A stretch of DNA of 64,000 bases, taken from contig CAWIMJ010000056.1 of assembly GCA_963837175.1 (NCBI GenBank), positions 1 to 64,000 on the forward strand. Direction: 5' to 3'. Made by a program: the position numbers and the translations under genes. The notes beneath the pieces are model-generated. The model had not been told where the DNA came from, made no database searches, and saw only the letters and a program-made list of their open reading frames with translations. Shown here piece after piece: positions 21,921 through 33,472 of the stretch. Positions within the stretch are counted from its first letter, which is position 1. The number at the start of each line of letters is the position of its first letter. This DNA comes from an uncultured Nitrososphaeraceae archaeon (GTDB lineage Archaea; Thermoproteota; Nitrososphaeria; Nitrososphaerales; Nitrososphaeraceae).

Positions 21921-22670
21921 ATTTACTTTGTTAAAAGCTATTTGTGATTTGTTAAGGATGCTGCTTATAGTTGTTTTATTGTTTTAAACATTCACAAGTT
22001 AGAAAAGTAATATGAGCACAATAGATTTCACATACTAGGAATGGAGTATCATTATTTATTGGGTATTAATTTGTGTCATATTTGTTTTCGTTTTACATCT
22101 CATCAAAGCTACTAAATATACAAGTCTGGTTACATATGAAAGTTATACAGACAAGTTAGAAAAAGTACGGGAAGCACTTTCTAAACGATGCCCTCAAAGC
22201 TTCTCGCTTATCAATTTTTCAACAAATCCCCAATTCTGTTAAGTATGTCTTGGTAAAAGAGAATTATTAATATATGAAATATAAAAGTATTAATGATTTC
22301 AAGTTTCCATTTTGATAATTTACTGATGTATAGTTGACAAATTTTACTCAAATATTAGGAAAGGAATAGCAGATATATTTTTTTAAGAGGAAAATATGTA
22401 TTTTCATCTCATACACTTGTTAATAATACTACTACAATTGTTTTTCTTCTTTTGGTCTTTGCTACTGCTATTCTTCCACGTATTGTTTAATAAGTCATTT
22501 ATATAGCTCTGGCTATCCGCTAATTATACGATTCAGAATAAAGGCGGGGTATAACAGAATTTACAAGATTAGAATCACAAAATGCAGATCCATAAGTGGA
22601 TTGACTGATTTTAAAATACAATACCATTGATACTTCTAAATTAGAGAACCTTGCAACTGCATCTTCATAC

Positions 22671-23597
22671 ATGAGACTCAGCGCGCCTATGCTGCGAGTT
22701 AATGATTTGCAGAAGGAACTCTCATATTATCAGAAGAAATTCGGTATGAGGACCGTAAACAGATTCAATGAAGACGGGCTTGAAATAGTTGAGCTTGCAA
22801 CTGGACTTGACGAAGGGAGCAATATAGTTCCTTACGAAGATAATCCCATTCTCATCCTTAAACATGATCCTAAAGCAAGCAGACCATATCCCAAGTCAGC
22901 CGGCTTGTTTCATTTTGCAATTCTTGTTCCTGATAGGAAAAGCTTGGCCTCCACCTTTCTATCTTTAGAAAACCAAGGTGTTGATTTCACAGGATTTGCC
23001 GATCACTTGGTCAGCGAATCTCTATATCTTCAGGATCCAGAGAATAACGGAATAGAGATCTATTGTGACAGGCCTAGAGAAGAATGGATCTTTGAAAATG
23101 GACATGTTTGCATGGATACAATACCGCTCAACCTTGACTCAGTGCTTTCAGAATTATCACATGATGAGATAGCAAAACCCGACCTCATAACAAGTTTGAA
23201 ACCTTTCCCAAGAGGTGCGACTATAGGACACATTCATCTGAAGGTTACCAATCTTATTACTTCAACTAAGTTCTATCATGAAATTCTAGGATTTGATCTG
23301 ATGCAGAGCATATATGGAGCTTCTTTTCTTTCAGTAGAGGGATATCATCACCGTCTGGGGCTGAACACTTGGCAGAGCCTTGGTGGTTCTTCTGTTAAGA
23401 CTAGAGAAGCAGGACTTGAGCATTTTACTATTCTTGTGTCAGATAAATCATTCCTCAAAGACCTATCTCTGAAGGTGGCCAACACGTCTTATTATACAAC
23501 AAAATCAAATGAAGAGGTCTTGGTGACAGATCCAGACGGTATAAAAATGATGATTAGATATGAAGGTAATAATAATAATTCTAAACCGTTTAACTAA
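22671..23597 (+). CDS. VOC-family protein, catechol 2,3-dioxygenase CatE-like
   Basis: GLFHFAILVP, DHLVSESLYLQDPENNGIEIYCDRP, IGHIHLKV, GYHHRLGLNTW. Confidence 0.88.
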   Translation: MRLSAPMLRVNDLQKELSYYQKKFGMRTVNRFNEDGLEIVELATGLDEGSNIVPYEDNPILILKHDPKASRPYPKSAGLFHFAILVPDRKSLASTFLSLENQGVDFTGFADHLVSESLYLQDPENNGIEIYCDRPREEWIFENGHVCMDTIPLNLDSVLSELSHDEIAKPDLITSLKPFPRGATIGHIHLKVTNLITSTKFYHEILGFDLMQSIYGASFLSVEGYHHRLGLNTWQSLGGSSVKTREAGLEHFTILVSDKSFLKDLSLKVANTSYYTTKSNEEVLVTDPDGIKMMIRYEGNNNNSKPFN

Positions 23598-23831
23598 GAT
23601 TTTGTTTTGATCATTGGATGGTCTAACTGGACAATCCTTCACTGAAGTTATAAGAAAATACCGCCGCTTTATTAGACTCTGCAGACAATGACTAAAGAAA
23701 GAGTTGCAAGAAAAGATAGAAAAGCCTCCCACAGCCGCAGAAGAACGACTAAATCTGTCTGCTATTGAATCCTTTTATCTTTATGATATTCTAGTAGGTA
23801 TAATAATACATAATACGCTATAATAAATCAC

Positions 23832-24045
23832 CTATGTTGTAGTATTGCCTATCCTTTCCGCTTGTAACATTTTACCCTCATGATAACCTGGACTATTTCT
23901 TTCAAATTGTGACTTCACTTGATCTTCTGAAAGTGCAAGCCTCACTTTTCTATAGTTATATGATTAAACCTTGTTCCTTGGTATCCTATAATACTTAGGA
24001 TTAATCAGTCCGTCTTTTACAACAAATTCATTGTTCCACCCCATG
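23832..24045 (-). pseudogene. PRC-barrel-like AOA protein relic
   Basis: EFVVKDGLINPKYYRIPRNKV*SYNYRKVRLALSEDQVKSQFERNSPGY; internal TAA at 23964-23966. Confidence 0.55.
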
Positions 24046-24403
24046 GGTGATACATAAGCAAAAATCTATTAAATAATTCTAAAAGCAGCGGAATAAGACC
24101 CTATGCAGTGCACTTAAGTCATTAAAATTTAATCGAATGAAAAGTATATGTATGTTTTATGTATGTTTGCTTAGATAATATACTGATAACATCTTATTTT
24201 GCATCTACCACTTTCAATAGGAGCGGCGAATGGATACAGCCTAGATAAAGAAGTAACTAGTTACGAAGGACTTGATGCTTTGCCCTTGAGCTTGCAAAAT
24301 TACTAATTTGCATAAGATGACAATTCTCAATAGTAACAAGAATTGAAATATCCATAGAGAGAAACTAAAAAAACTCTATCTATTGTTATAATTTAATGTT
24401 GGT

Positions 24404-25318
24404 TCAAATACCAAATCCATTGTTGATATCAGTAGAAACCATTGCTATAATAACAAGATTGGTTAATCTGTGCATATTGTAGGCTATACATCTGAATGAC
24501 AATTCCCTATTTTGTGTTCTTGTCAATTTTGAAGTGATGTATTCGCTGAACAGCCTTTTTATAACTGACATTATAGTTTCGTCTTTGTTTCTCTGATGGT
24601 AAAGTATTCTTGAATATCCACGCTTCATCTGCTTCCTATATTTACCACATGTTTTCCATATTGGTATGTTTTTGAATCTTGCAGGTATTATACTAAATGC
24701 ATGAATGCGTTCTCTTACAAATACGTGATTATCTTCACTGTCATACTCTTTATCGGCTACTGTAATTGATATTGGTAGAATTTCTGATGTTTTAGTTATT
24801 AGAGGTCGAAAGTCCTTTGTATCATGTATTGTGGGAGCTAGTCTAATTTTGATGATACATATTAATTGAAATAACATATCTGCGCTGACTGATAACTTTA
24901 GGTATTTCTTTCTAAGGTTGGCCTTATCTGTATAATATTGTGATGCATTGGTTATTTTAAATCCTGACGAATCTATACCAATGAATAATCGTCTAATAAT
25001 ATTGCTATGTAATAATATGAAGGAATAGATTATTTTTTCCAAGACAGTCTTAGTAATCCTGCTAGCAAATTTCTGAAGAGTAGTATAATGTGGTATGTGT
25101 GATAGGCCCATAAAGGTTCTTAGATAGTAAGCTTCAACCAACCAGTCTACAAACATACGATAACTTTTCCTTTCATATTGTCTTAATACTAGTAATACTA
25201 CGTGCTGCCATGCAGTAAATACGTGATTACTTTTCCGATGAAGAAATAGTGGTATCCTAGCATACTTTAGAACACGAAATAAGGTATTAGCAAGTCTAAC
25301 ATACTTTGATTCTTTCAA
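24404..25318 (-). CDS. IS5-superfamily (DDE_Tnp_1) transposase, archaeal single-ORF type
   Basis: IPHYTTLQKF, GIDSSGF, HDTKDF, ADKEYDSE, YHQRNKDET..SVIKR; only degenerate GTAGAAA-containing ends visible (~24428, ~25377). Confidence 0.88.
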   Translation of the reverse strand: MKESKYVRLANTLFRVLKYARIPLFLHRKSNHVFTAWQHVVLLVLRQYERKSYRMFVDWLVEAYYLRTFMGLSHIPHYTTLQKFASRITKTVLEKIIYSFILLHSNIIRRLFIGIDSSGFKITNASQYYTDKANLRKKYLKLSVSADMLFQLICIIKIRLAPTIHDTKDFRPLITKTSEILPISITVADKEYDSEDNHVFVRERIHAFSIIPARFKNIPIWKTCGKYRKQMKRGYSRILYHQRNKDETIMSVIKRLFSEYITSKLTRTQNRELSFRCIAYNMHRLTNLVIIAMVSTDINNGFGI

Positions 25319-25517
25319 CAGATATATTATATTACACTGTTACAAAGCTTTGATGGGCTTAACCATCATTTCTACATAATAAATTAGTTTCCTATACAAT
25401 ACAGATAAAGATCAGAAACTCATAATTTATATGCTATTTTGAGTTATCACTCTAAAAGTTCACCTATAAACAATTATTTATTCACAAGCCAACTGGTAGT
25501 AATAAATTTTCTTTTGA

Positions 25518-25664
25518 TTATCTATCTTCTTTACCGTCACACAATGAACACTTACCATACTGAAATAACATCATACACTTCATTCTCTCTCCGCAATCAT
25601 ATATGATTCCACATTTTTTACACTGATGTAGACAAAAATGTCTTGCTTGTGTAATTATATTCAA
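25518..25664 (-). CDS. 48-aa Cys/His-rich microprotein, not in ORF track
   Basis: TTG start; MNIITQARHFCLHQCKKCGIIYDCGERMKCMMLFQYGKCSLCDGKEDR*; TATA box TTTAAAATA ~22 nt upstream. Confidence 0.65.
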   Translation of the reverse strand: MNIITQARHFCLHQCKKCGIIYDCGERMKCMMLFQYGKCSLCDGKEDR

Positions 25665-25930
25665 TGATTCTTGTAGATTTACATATATTTTAAAGCAAAC
25701 TACTAATTTTATAAGTTGGTAAGCTTATGACAATTAACTTAATATTATAAATAGAAAAATATATACTTATAATTTTAATATCGAATATTTTGAAGATTTC
25801 GTTGCATAGCTTCGATAAACTGTTATACTATAGCGGAGAATGATCTGAATTTGAATGCACAAAAGCAGCTTTGCGCCATGTAAAACTCATTCTCAACCGA
25901 GGCTTTATAAATATGAATTAATAGAATTGC

Positions 25931-26625
25931 GGCACTGTTCAGTTAACGGATAGATCTATAGCTAAAAACATCCTATTATACCCATAATGGCTATATTCAA
26001 GGAAAGAAGTAGGACCTCTTCAAAGTATATTTATTACGCATTACAGCTATACTCTTCAGGGCTATCACTCAGGAAAACGTTTGAAAGATTAACTGCGGTA
26101 CGTATCAAAAGAAATCATGTCTCTATCTGGAATTGGATTCAACGATACAAACCAAAGAGGATATTTCAGGCTAGAAGTACAATATCTGAATTCATAATTG
26201 ATGAGACATTGATTAAAGCAGGTAGTGATTATGTATGGATTTGGGTTGCGATTGAGCCAATGAATAAGATGATTCTAGGCATTCGTCTCTCTATAGAGAG
26301 AGAAGTATGCTAGTTGCTGAACAGTTTATAAAATCACTGATTAGAAGATATGGAAAGCACAATATTTCAACAGACGGTGGTACTTGGTACCCACAGGCAT
26401 GTAGATTTCTAAACATTGAACATCACAATCATTCCTCGATTGAAAAAAGCTTCATAGAAAGGACTATACAGTACATAAAGGATAGAACTGAATGTTTTGA
26501 TGATTATTTTCCTTGTACAAGAATTAACTGCAAACTGGAGCACATAGTGAAGTGGTTAATTTTATTTGTAGATATGCATAACAGAGAGCTCATAATAAAA
26601 CGAAGAATTGTTAAATGAACAGGGC
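25931..26625 (+). mobile_element. IS6-family element with frameshifted transposase (ORFs 25987..26313 and 26307..26618)
   Basis: Imperfect TIRs GGCACTGTTCAGTTAAC / GTTAAATGAACAGGGC; GAATTGC duplicated on the flanks; HVSIWNWIQ, IDETLIK, STDGGTWYPQAC, IERTIQYIKDRTE.FDDYFPC. Confidence 0.9.
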
Positions 26626-27011
26626 GAATTGCCTGTCAGAGAGTAGATAAATTGGTGATTATTCAATTAGCAAAACAATTTAGGATATATAGCCTTATAG
26701 AAAAAGAGCCTCGGTAGAATATTTACTATAGGCTAAAAGAATAAAATTATTCTATAAGCAGGTTAACTATATTAAGTTCTTATAAATTAGTATATTAGCT
26801 TCTATTTAATTAAGACTTCGTCATTAAATGTTTGGATGTACATGATTTTTGTTGAATTAATAATTTCCAGTAACAGTTTCAGTTTCTTTTTTATTCAATG
26901 AATTATTGATATTGCTACGAACCATTGCTTAATCAAAACAAAAAATCGTAAAACAATTATTGGGTGGAAATCCTCTTATACCAACGGCTTACTATTACAC
27001 TACTATCAAAC

Positions 27012-27398
27012 ATGTCTGAAGTACAAGAAATAAGAACCGTATTTCAAGGATTGCAGACCTTATATGAGACGTACCTTCCTAAAGTCGATCCTATACTCAT
27101 TCACGATTTACTGGTACGTGAAAAGGAAAAATCTGAAACTGCACCGTTTTATATGGTCGAGATATTTACAAAACCTGGAACAGATGATGAAGCAATGAAA
27201 AATAAGATATTTGAAAGAACTGGATGGCTTCCGGCTGTATATGATAAGGGCACGCATTATGTAAATAATCAAAGACTGACTTTGGAAATGCTCAAAGAAA
27301 TATCTGATCCTGATGATGTTTTAGAGGTTACTGGTGACTATACTGGAAGCATAACCGCAACAGGAGCGTCACACGAAGCTAGAAATCGTGCCCATTAA
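27012..27398 (+). CDS. Conserved AOA hypothetical protein
   Basis: Codon-like ORF; ATG 27012 preferred over GTG 26964 because a TATA-like element precedes it. Confidence 0.65.
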   Translation: MSEVQEIRTVFQGLQTLYETYLPKVDPILIHDLLVREKEKSETAPFYMVEIFTKPGTDDEAMKNKIFERTGWLPAVYDKGTHYVNNQRLTLEMLKEISDPDDVLEVTGDYTGSITATGASHEARNRAH

Positions 27399-27474
27399 TA
27401 GATACTTTGAAGTTCCTTGGAAAATAAATTAGCGTTACCAAAATCTTCCCATGGAATAGTAAAACAATGACATT

Positions 27475-27828
27475 CTAAATTTTCGTCATCTGTAGAACAT
27501 TATCTATAATTTTTTGATGATCAGCTTCTACCTCTGTTGTTATGAGAAGTAAGTGATAGTCTTCTAATGGTATGGTTATGCGCTTAACCTTCTCATATTC
27601 TGCGATAGCATATTTTCCCTTTCCAATCTTCTGAGCTAGAGCATTGCGCAAAGCCCATCTAGCTAATGCCTGCAAATTTGATCTTTTTGTTTCCTCATGC
27701 GAAAGTAAATTCTGAACTCCTTGGCGTTGGCCTCCATACTTAGTTTCACCAGTATTATCACATATACCAGCATAACGAATCTTGGGATCAAGATTTAAGA
27801 CGTCTTCACATAGCTTCCCGTAGTCCAT
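27475..27828 (-). CDS. DUF6659-like AOA protein (paralog of 21507..21920)
   Basis: C.DVL.LDPKIRYAGI...G...YEKVKRITIPL. Confidence 0.72.
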   Translation of the reverse strand: MDYGKLCEDVLNLDPKIRYAGICDNTGETKYGGQRQGVQNLLSHEETKRSNLQALARWALRNALAQKIGKGKYAIAEYEKVKRITIPLEDYHLLLITTEVEADHQKIIDNVLQMTKI

Positions 27829-28676
27829 AGCAGTGAGTTAATAACAGTAAGAATGACCTTAATAAGCATTTTATTTGGGGCTCTGAAAAAGACCCTTAGA
27901 AGCATCTTTTTCTTGAGGGTTGAAACAATCTAGACATATTGCTTTGTAACAGCGTTACTAGCATAAAAAATGTATAGAGCTAACCTTCACGAGCAAAATA
28001 TTATTTTATTAATATGGAATTTTGCATAATTTAAAAGAAGATTATCAATAGATGAATACCAGAACACTTCACAAATTATTTACATTCCATTTCTTTCAGC
28101 CAATATCTTGTTGTTTACAATGATCAAGAGGCAAAAATAAAAACACATAAAAATATTTATATTTATATATACCAATCGCTTAATTGATAAGTCTATCTCT
28201 CTTGTCAGATTCTAACTGAAATGGTGTAAATCACTTGTAGATAAATAAATATATCTTCCGTTGGGACACTCGGTGGTAAAAAGAGTAGTTACAAATAATA
28301 AAGATCTTCAGCTTTCATAGTACGACCTTAGAAATAATCATTTATTATGATTATGAGTGCAGAAATCTATAATGTCGATAGTAAGGTATATTTAGATCAT
28401 TATCTCGTGTGTAGCACTACTGTTTTTGATGTATCCATAGTAATTTTCATCACTATAGCTACAATATTTAGTTAATAACATGATTGCCAAAATTATTATT
28501 ATACTTCCTTTTCTTTCTTTTAAAAATGGATTGAATTATCTCGTCAATTAATAAAAATGAAATAAATATAGTAAGGCGCGGCGATGGAACTATGAAAATT
28601 GAGTAATATCAAAATAATATTTACTACTACGAAATAGTTATAGATATTTACAGGTTACGCAACACTGACAATCAAA

Positions 28677-29942
28677 GTGAATGATTCATGGGCATTTGAA
28701 GAAATAACTAGACTAGAAAGATCTTATCTCACTCATAGCTATCATCGATATCCTGCGAAATTTATTCCCCAGTTAGCTGCAAGATTGATTAAGGAAAACA
28801 GCCAAGTTGGAGAAGTTATTTGCGATCCTTTTATGGGCTCTGGAACTACTCTTGTTGAAGCAATTGTTAATGATAGGAGAACGTATGGAACCGATATCAA
28901 TCCAGTAGCTGTAATGATTACAAGGGCTAAGACCACTCCGATAGATCCTCAATATCTTCAATCCAAAATATCCGCATTAAAGGTAAAGATTAAGACACAT
29001 ATCATTGATGGAAGTAAACAAAACCTACTCTTAAAAAGTGATGACTTCGCAGTCCTCTTTTCTGGAAATAAGAGAATAGACTATTGGTTCCCTGAAAAAC
29101 AAAAGCGTGATTTAACCATCATTCTATCAGGGATCATAATGATTAATAAAGACAAAAATGTTAGAAATTTTTTGCTTTGCGCCTTTTCAAATATTCTGAA
29201 AGGATGTTCGCGGTGGATGATGAAATCGATAAAGCCCATAATAGATAAGAACAAGACAATAAATGATGCATATAGCAGTTTCTTTATCCATATACAGAAA
29301 ATGTTAAATAAGAATCGACAGTTTTGGAAGGTGCTTGAAGAGAAAAAGATTGACTGTACTATAGACAACGTTGATGCACGTAAAATGAGAATAAATGATG
29401 ACTCAGTGGCATTGATAGTCACCAGTCCACCTTACGTTACTTCCTATGATTACGCTGATCTTCATCAGCTAACTGCAATCTGGTTGCGATATACCGAAAA
29501 ACTTTCAGAGTTTAGAACCAAATTTATCGGTTCTTTTCAAAAGAAAGAACTGACTGAAGTCAAACTCTATAGCGATCTTGGAAAAACAATAGTCGAAAAA
29601 CTTCGCTTGATAGACAAAAGAGAGGCAGATGCAGTCGAACAATATTTTTTTGAGATGCAGGAATGTTTTGAAGAGATGTATAGAATCTTAAAGTTGGGTG
29701 GACGAACATCTATAGTGATAGGTGATACTGATATTAAAAAAGTTAAGATACATAACGCAGATGTATTTGTACAAACACTGAAAGAAATAGGCTTTAATAT
29801 TCACAAGATTATCAAAAGACGAATACCTAGCAAGGTTCTTCCATTGACAAGAGATGAGAAAACCGGACGATTTGTTGCTACAATGAAATCAGATAGATTG
29901 GCCTATCCATTTGAATATGTTCTCATAATGGAGAAAGCCTAA
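28677..29942 (+). CDS. Orphan amino-DNA methyltransferase, probably N4-cytosine
   Basis: HRYPAKF, DPFMGSGTT (motif I) preceding TSPPY (motif IV); no adjacent endonuclease. Confidence 0.9.
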   Translation: MNDSWAFEEITRLERSYLTHSYHRYPAKFIPQLAARLIKENSQVGEVICDPFMGSGTTLVEAIVNDRRTYGTDINPVAVMITRAKTTPIDPQYLQSKISALKVKIKTHIIDGSKQNLLLKSDDFAVLFSGNKRIDYWFPEKQKRDLTIILSGIIMINKDKNVRNFLLCAFSNILKGCSRWMMKSIKPIIDKNKTINDAYSSFFIHIQKMLNKNRQFWKVLEEKKIDCTIDNVDARKMRINDDSVALIVTSPPYVTSYDYADLHQLTAIWLRYTEKLSEFRTKFIGSFQKKELTEVKLYSDLGKTIVEKLRLIDKREADAVEQYFFEMQECFEEMYRILKLGGRTSIVIGDTDIKKVKIHNADVFVQTLKEIGFNIHKIIKRRIPSKVLPLTRDEKTGRFVATMKSDRLAYPFEYVLIMEKA

Positions 29943-30269
29943 AGTGAATAGCATCTGCTTGGTTCGATCACATAAAGAGAAAGGGGGAAACTCATGGTAT
30001 TCATACTTATCTTTATTGGAGATTCTGAGTGAGCGCAACTTTTCTCATTTGAAATATTTTATAACAAGAGAATGAATTGATTATGAATAGTCAGGAAAAG
30101 GACATCCGAATACATATAAATACAATTATGCTCTCTCGAATCTAAAGTTCAGTTAATATGATGTGCCTAGAAGATACCGTATTTAATTATCGATAGAGTA
30201 TTGAAGGTACCAGAAACAGAAACAAAAATAGCATCTATGAGTAATAATAATTATATTGTGAAAAGATAG

Positions 30270-30941
30270 TTATTTAGAACAACACCAATTCTTCAAAAAA
30301 CTTGAGGCTGATCCTGTATCGTTAAATACTCTATTTTCGTCTATTAAACCTTTAAAATCTAATATTTTAAGAATTGAATTATTTAAAGTGACAATGCATT
30401 CAATTCCCGCTTTATTCGCCGCTTGAACCCCTAGCGGTGCGTTTTCTACTACTAATGCTTCTTGAGGTTTCAGATTCATTCTTTCCAATGCAGTTTTAAA
30501 TGGAGCAGGATTTGGTTTGCCTTCTTCTAAATCATCACCAGTAATTACAGTATCAAATTTTCCTTTTCCAAATGTTTTATAAAGAATATCTTCAACTTCT
30601 TGTTTTGAAGCGCCACTTACAATAGCTTTTAAGCAATCTAATTCAGCTATTAATTCTCTTATTCCCTCAATAGGTTTGAGAATTAATATTTGCATTAAAA
30701 TCTCTTTCTTTAAATTATAAATTTTGTCTATAATAGAAAAATAATAATGATTATCGTCATATCCTTTAGCCCTGAAGATCTCTTTTATCATATCGTTAGC
30801 TGGCATCCCCTCTAGTAGAAAGATTGTTCTATCGTCAATGTTAATATTTGTCTCCTGTTTGATGGCCCTCTGCAAAGCTTTACTATGATATGGCATTGCA
30901 TCTACCAATACGCCATCCATATCAAAAATTATTCCTTTCAT
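30270..30941 (-). CDS. HAD-family phosphatase (beta-PGM-like)
   Basis: IFDMDGVLVD, GKPNP, VENAPLGVQAA; likely start ATG 30941. Confidence 0.9.
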   Translation of the reverse strand: MKGIIFDMDGVLVDAMPYHSKALQRAIKQETNINIDDRTIFLLEGMPANDMIKEIFRAKGYDDNHYYFSIIDKIYNLKKEILMQILILKPIEGIRELIAELDCLKAIVSGASKQEVEDILYKTFGKGKFDTVITGDDLEEGKPNPAPFKTALERMNLKPQEALVVENAPLGVQAANKAGIECIVTLNNSILKILDFKGLIDENRVFNDTGSASSFLKNWCCSK

Positions 30942-31142
30942 AAAAAAAGTAAACCATAGGTTTATTATATTAATACTGCAACATAACATTTTACAGTATT
31001 AATATAATAGTGGATGTATATGCCGATATATAATATGACAACATAGATATGAATTTGCAAATATCTACTAATACAACTTTTACACAATATATTATCTTTT
31101 TATATTTGAAATCTTATTATTTCTAGACAAATTAGAAGGCCT

Positions 31143-31682
31143 ATGCAAAAGGAAAATATTTACAGAGCAAAGGAGAAAGAGGTAAATGAGAATTACTTTA
31201 ATGGAAATGTAGTAATAAGGGAGATTTTAGGCGAAGGTAATTCTGCAGAGCAAGAAATGTTCCATGTGACATTTTACAATGGTGCTTTAACCACATTACA
31301 TTACCATGAATCAGATCAAATACTTATAGCTACAAATGGTAAAGGAGTTGTTGGTATAATTCAAGGAAGTAGTATAACGAAATTTGAAATCAATGATAAT
31401 GATGTGATCTTTCTTGAGAAGGAGGGTGACACAGTATGTATACCGGCTAATAAGTTGCATTTTCATGGTGCCGTCGCTGGAGAGACCTTTTCACATATTG
31501 CTATAAGGAAGAAGTTCAAAACAAATGGAATAAATGATGCAGAATCTCTCAAAAGAGCAGAAAATAAATGGGAGTATGATCTAATTTCTGAAGAAATTGG
31601 TAATAGCGATCCAGAAGGCATAAAAAGAGTGGCAAAAGAAATAGTACAAAAGATACAAAATACTATCTCAAAGAAATTATAG
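31143..31682 (+). CDS. Cupin-domain protein
   Basis: LHYHESDQILIAT.GKG ... GDTVCIPANKLHFHGA. Confidence 0.88.
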   Translation: MQKENIYRAKEKEVNENYFNGNVVIREILGEGNSAEQEMFHVTFYNGALTTLHYHESDQILIATNGKGVVGIIQGSSITKFEINDNDVIFLEKEGDTVCIPANKLHFHGAVAGETFSHIAIRKKFKTNGINDAESLKRAENKWEYDLISEEIGNSDPEGIKRVAKEIVQKIQNTISKKL

Positions 31683-32202
31683 AAGGAGAAACCGTAGCTA
31701 GGGAAAGTAAATTCACTAAAAAGGCATATTCAAATTATATTGGAACACAATATGAAGATATACTGATTTAAAAAGGAAAGAGAAAATATACTCTAAAAGG
31801 AATTTAGAAATGGCTATTGAACAAAGGTGGTGTTTGTATCCAAATGTTATGACTATTGTAATTAAGAGCTACGCTCACAATATGCTCAACGGATTTTAGT
31901 AGATACAGATGGCTTCATTGTGTATTTCATTAATATTGTGTTTTCGATTTTTTGGATAGGAATATTCCTTAAATTGTGCGTTGATTATCAATAATAATAT
32001 ACCATATTTTAGAAACATGCTAATCAATTTATTGGATTAAGTATCGATTGGGATAGTTCTATTAATAATATGATAAAGGCGAATACATTACATCAGTTAT
32101 GAGTCTAAAGTCAAAGTTATTATTAAAATAGTCGTAATAGTGCTATTCGTTATCCAAAATAAAGTTAATCAATTTTTGTAATTATTATTGATTATGTTCT
32201 TT

Positions 32203-32415
32203 TCATTTTTCATTACCGCGCTCGATTTTGAATCCAATTCTTACCTCTGTCTGGTATTCTTTGATATTTTGATTTTCAATTCTTACTGTAACACGTCCTA
32301 GCTCTGCCCACTGAAGGTTCTTGACTGTTCTGGCAGCTTCTTCAATGGCACTTTTTATTCCATCATCTATGCCTATTGTCGAACTTCCTACAATATCAAT
32401 ATATTTGTAAACCAT
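32203..32415 (-). CDS. Dodecin (flavin-binding)
   Basis: VYK.IDIVGSS...IDD.I..AIEEA..TVKNL.W.E ... YQ.EV.IGFKIE. Confidence 0.92.
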   Translation of the reverse strand: MVYKYIDIVGSSTIGIDDGIKSAIEEAARTVKNLQWAELGRVTVRIENQNIKEYQTEVRIGFKIERGNEK

Positions 32416-32616
32416 CTAACTGGACTTGGATCTCTAAGGGTTATTAAATTTATATGTTTTTTTTAGATACTCCGAGGTCGTTGCTCTTATCACACGATTT
32501 ATGTGACAGATTTGATTAAATATGTATCTTCATTCTCTACAAAAAGAATTGCAAGTTTTTGCTTAGCCAAGCATTTTATATGATTTGGTTACTCTATGAG
32601 TGTGTAAAGAGATCAC

Positions 32617-32880
32617 ATGAAAGAGAAACAAATTTGTCCTCACGTTAAAGATGTTGATGAAAACATTTCACCTAGGACATCAGGCTGCGAAGAATGTGAA
32701 ACAGAAGGTGCGGAATGGGTGGCACTGCGTCTTTGTTTGACTTGCGGTCATGTTGGATGTTGTGATTCATCGGAGGGACTGCATGCAACAAGACATTTCA
32801 AAGAAACAGGGCATCCTGCAATGATTGCATTGCCTAATAGATCTTGGAAATGGTGTTATATTCACAAATCATATTCATAG
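32617..32880 (+). CDS. Stand-alone UBP-type zinc finger protein
   Basis: C.H...GCEEC..W..LR.CLTCGHVGCCDSS..LHATRHF..TGH...W.WCY. Confidence 0.92.
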   Translation: MKEKQICPHVKDVDENISPRTSGCEECETEGAEWVALRLCLTCGHVGCCDSSEGLHATRHFKETGHPAMIALPNRSWKWCYIHKSYS

Positions 32881-33472
32881 GTACAGTCTACACCAAGGGG
32901 TAATCATTGGTTATATTTTTTAATATATGATTTTTATGTCTTGAGGTACTTTAGATTGTTATAGTCAATTACAGTACTAACTTGTTGATGCATTCCAAAG
33001 AGAATGAGTATTCAAGTATTCAATAACACCAATATAATTAGTCTAACAAGTAGCGGAAACTATTGTTTATTATGTAATGACCTGAATAGTCATATAAACA
33101 ACAGATCTGCCAAGCCGTAATTGTTAATAACTGTTAACCCTTCTCTTGATGATTGGGCGGGAACAAATTATGTAGGAAATCTCAATATGATGTCAAAATC
33201 TCTGGATTATGGGACATGCTTCATATGTCATTATCTAGTCTACAATGTCTTGGCATTCCTTAAGTAATCTATATGATTACAAAGAATGCTTTTATTGGAT
33301 TTACCAACGAAAGATGAGAATAGAAACATTTCTCTTCTAGGACATTATATTATATGCTTGCTTATATTATGGAATTACAAGATCCCATTAAACAACTTGC
33401 CTACCTTATCGATTTCTTATCAAATTTATAGACTAGAGTAATTTTATATTTTGATTAATCTAAGAATTTGTA

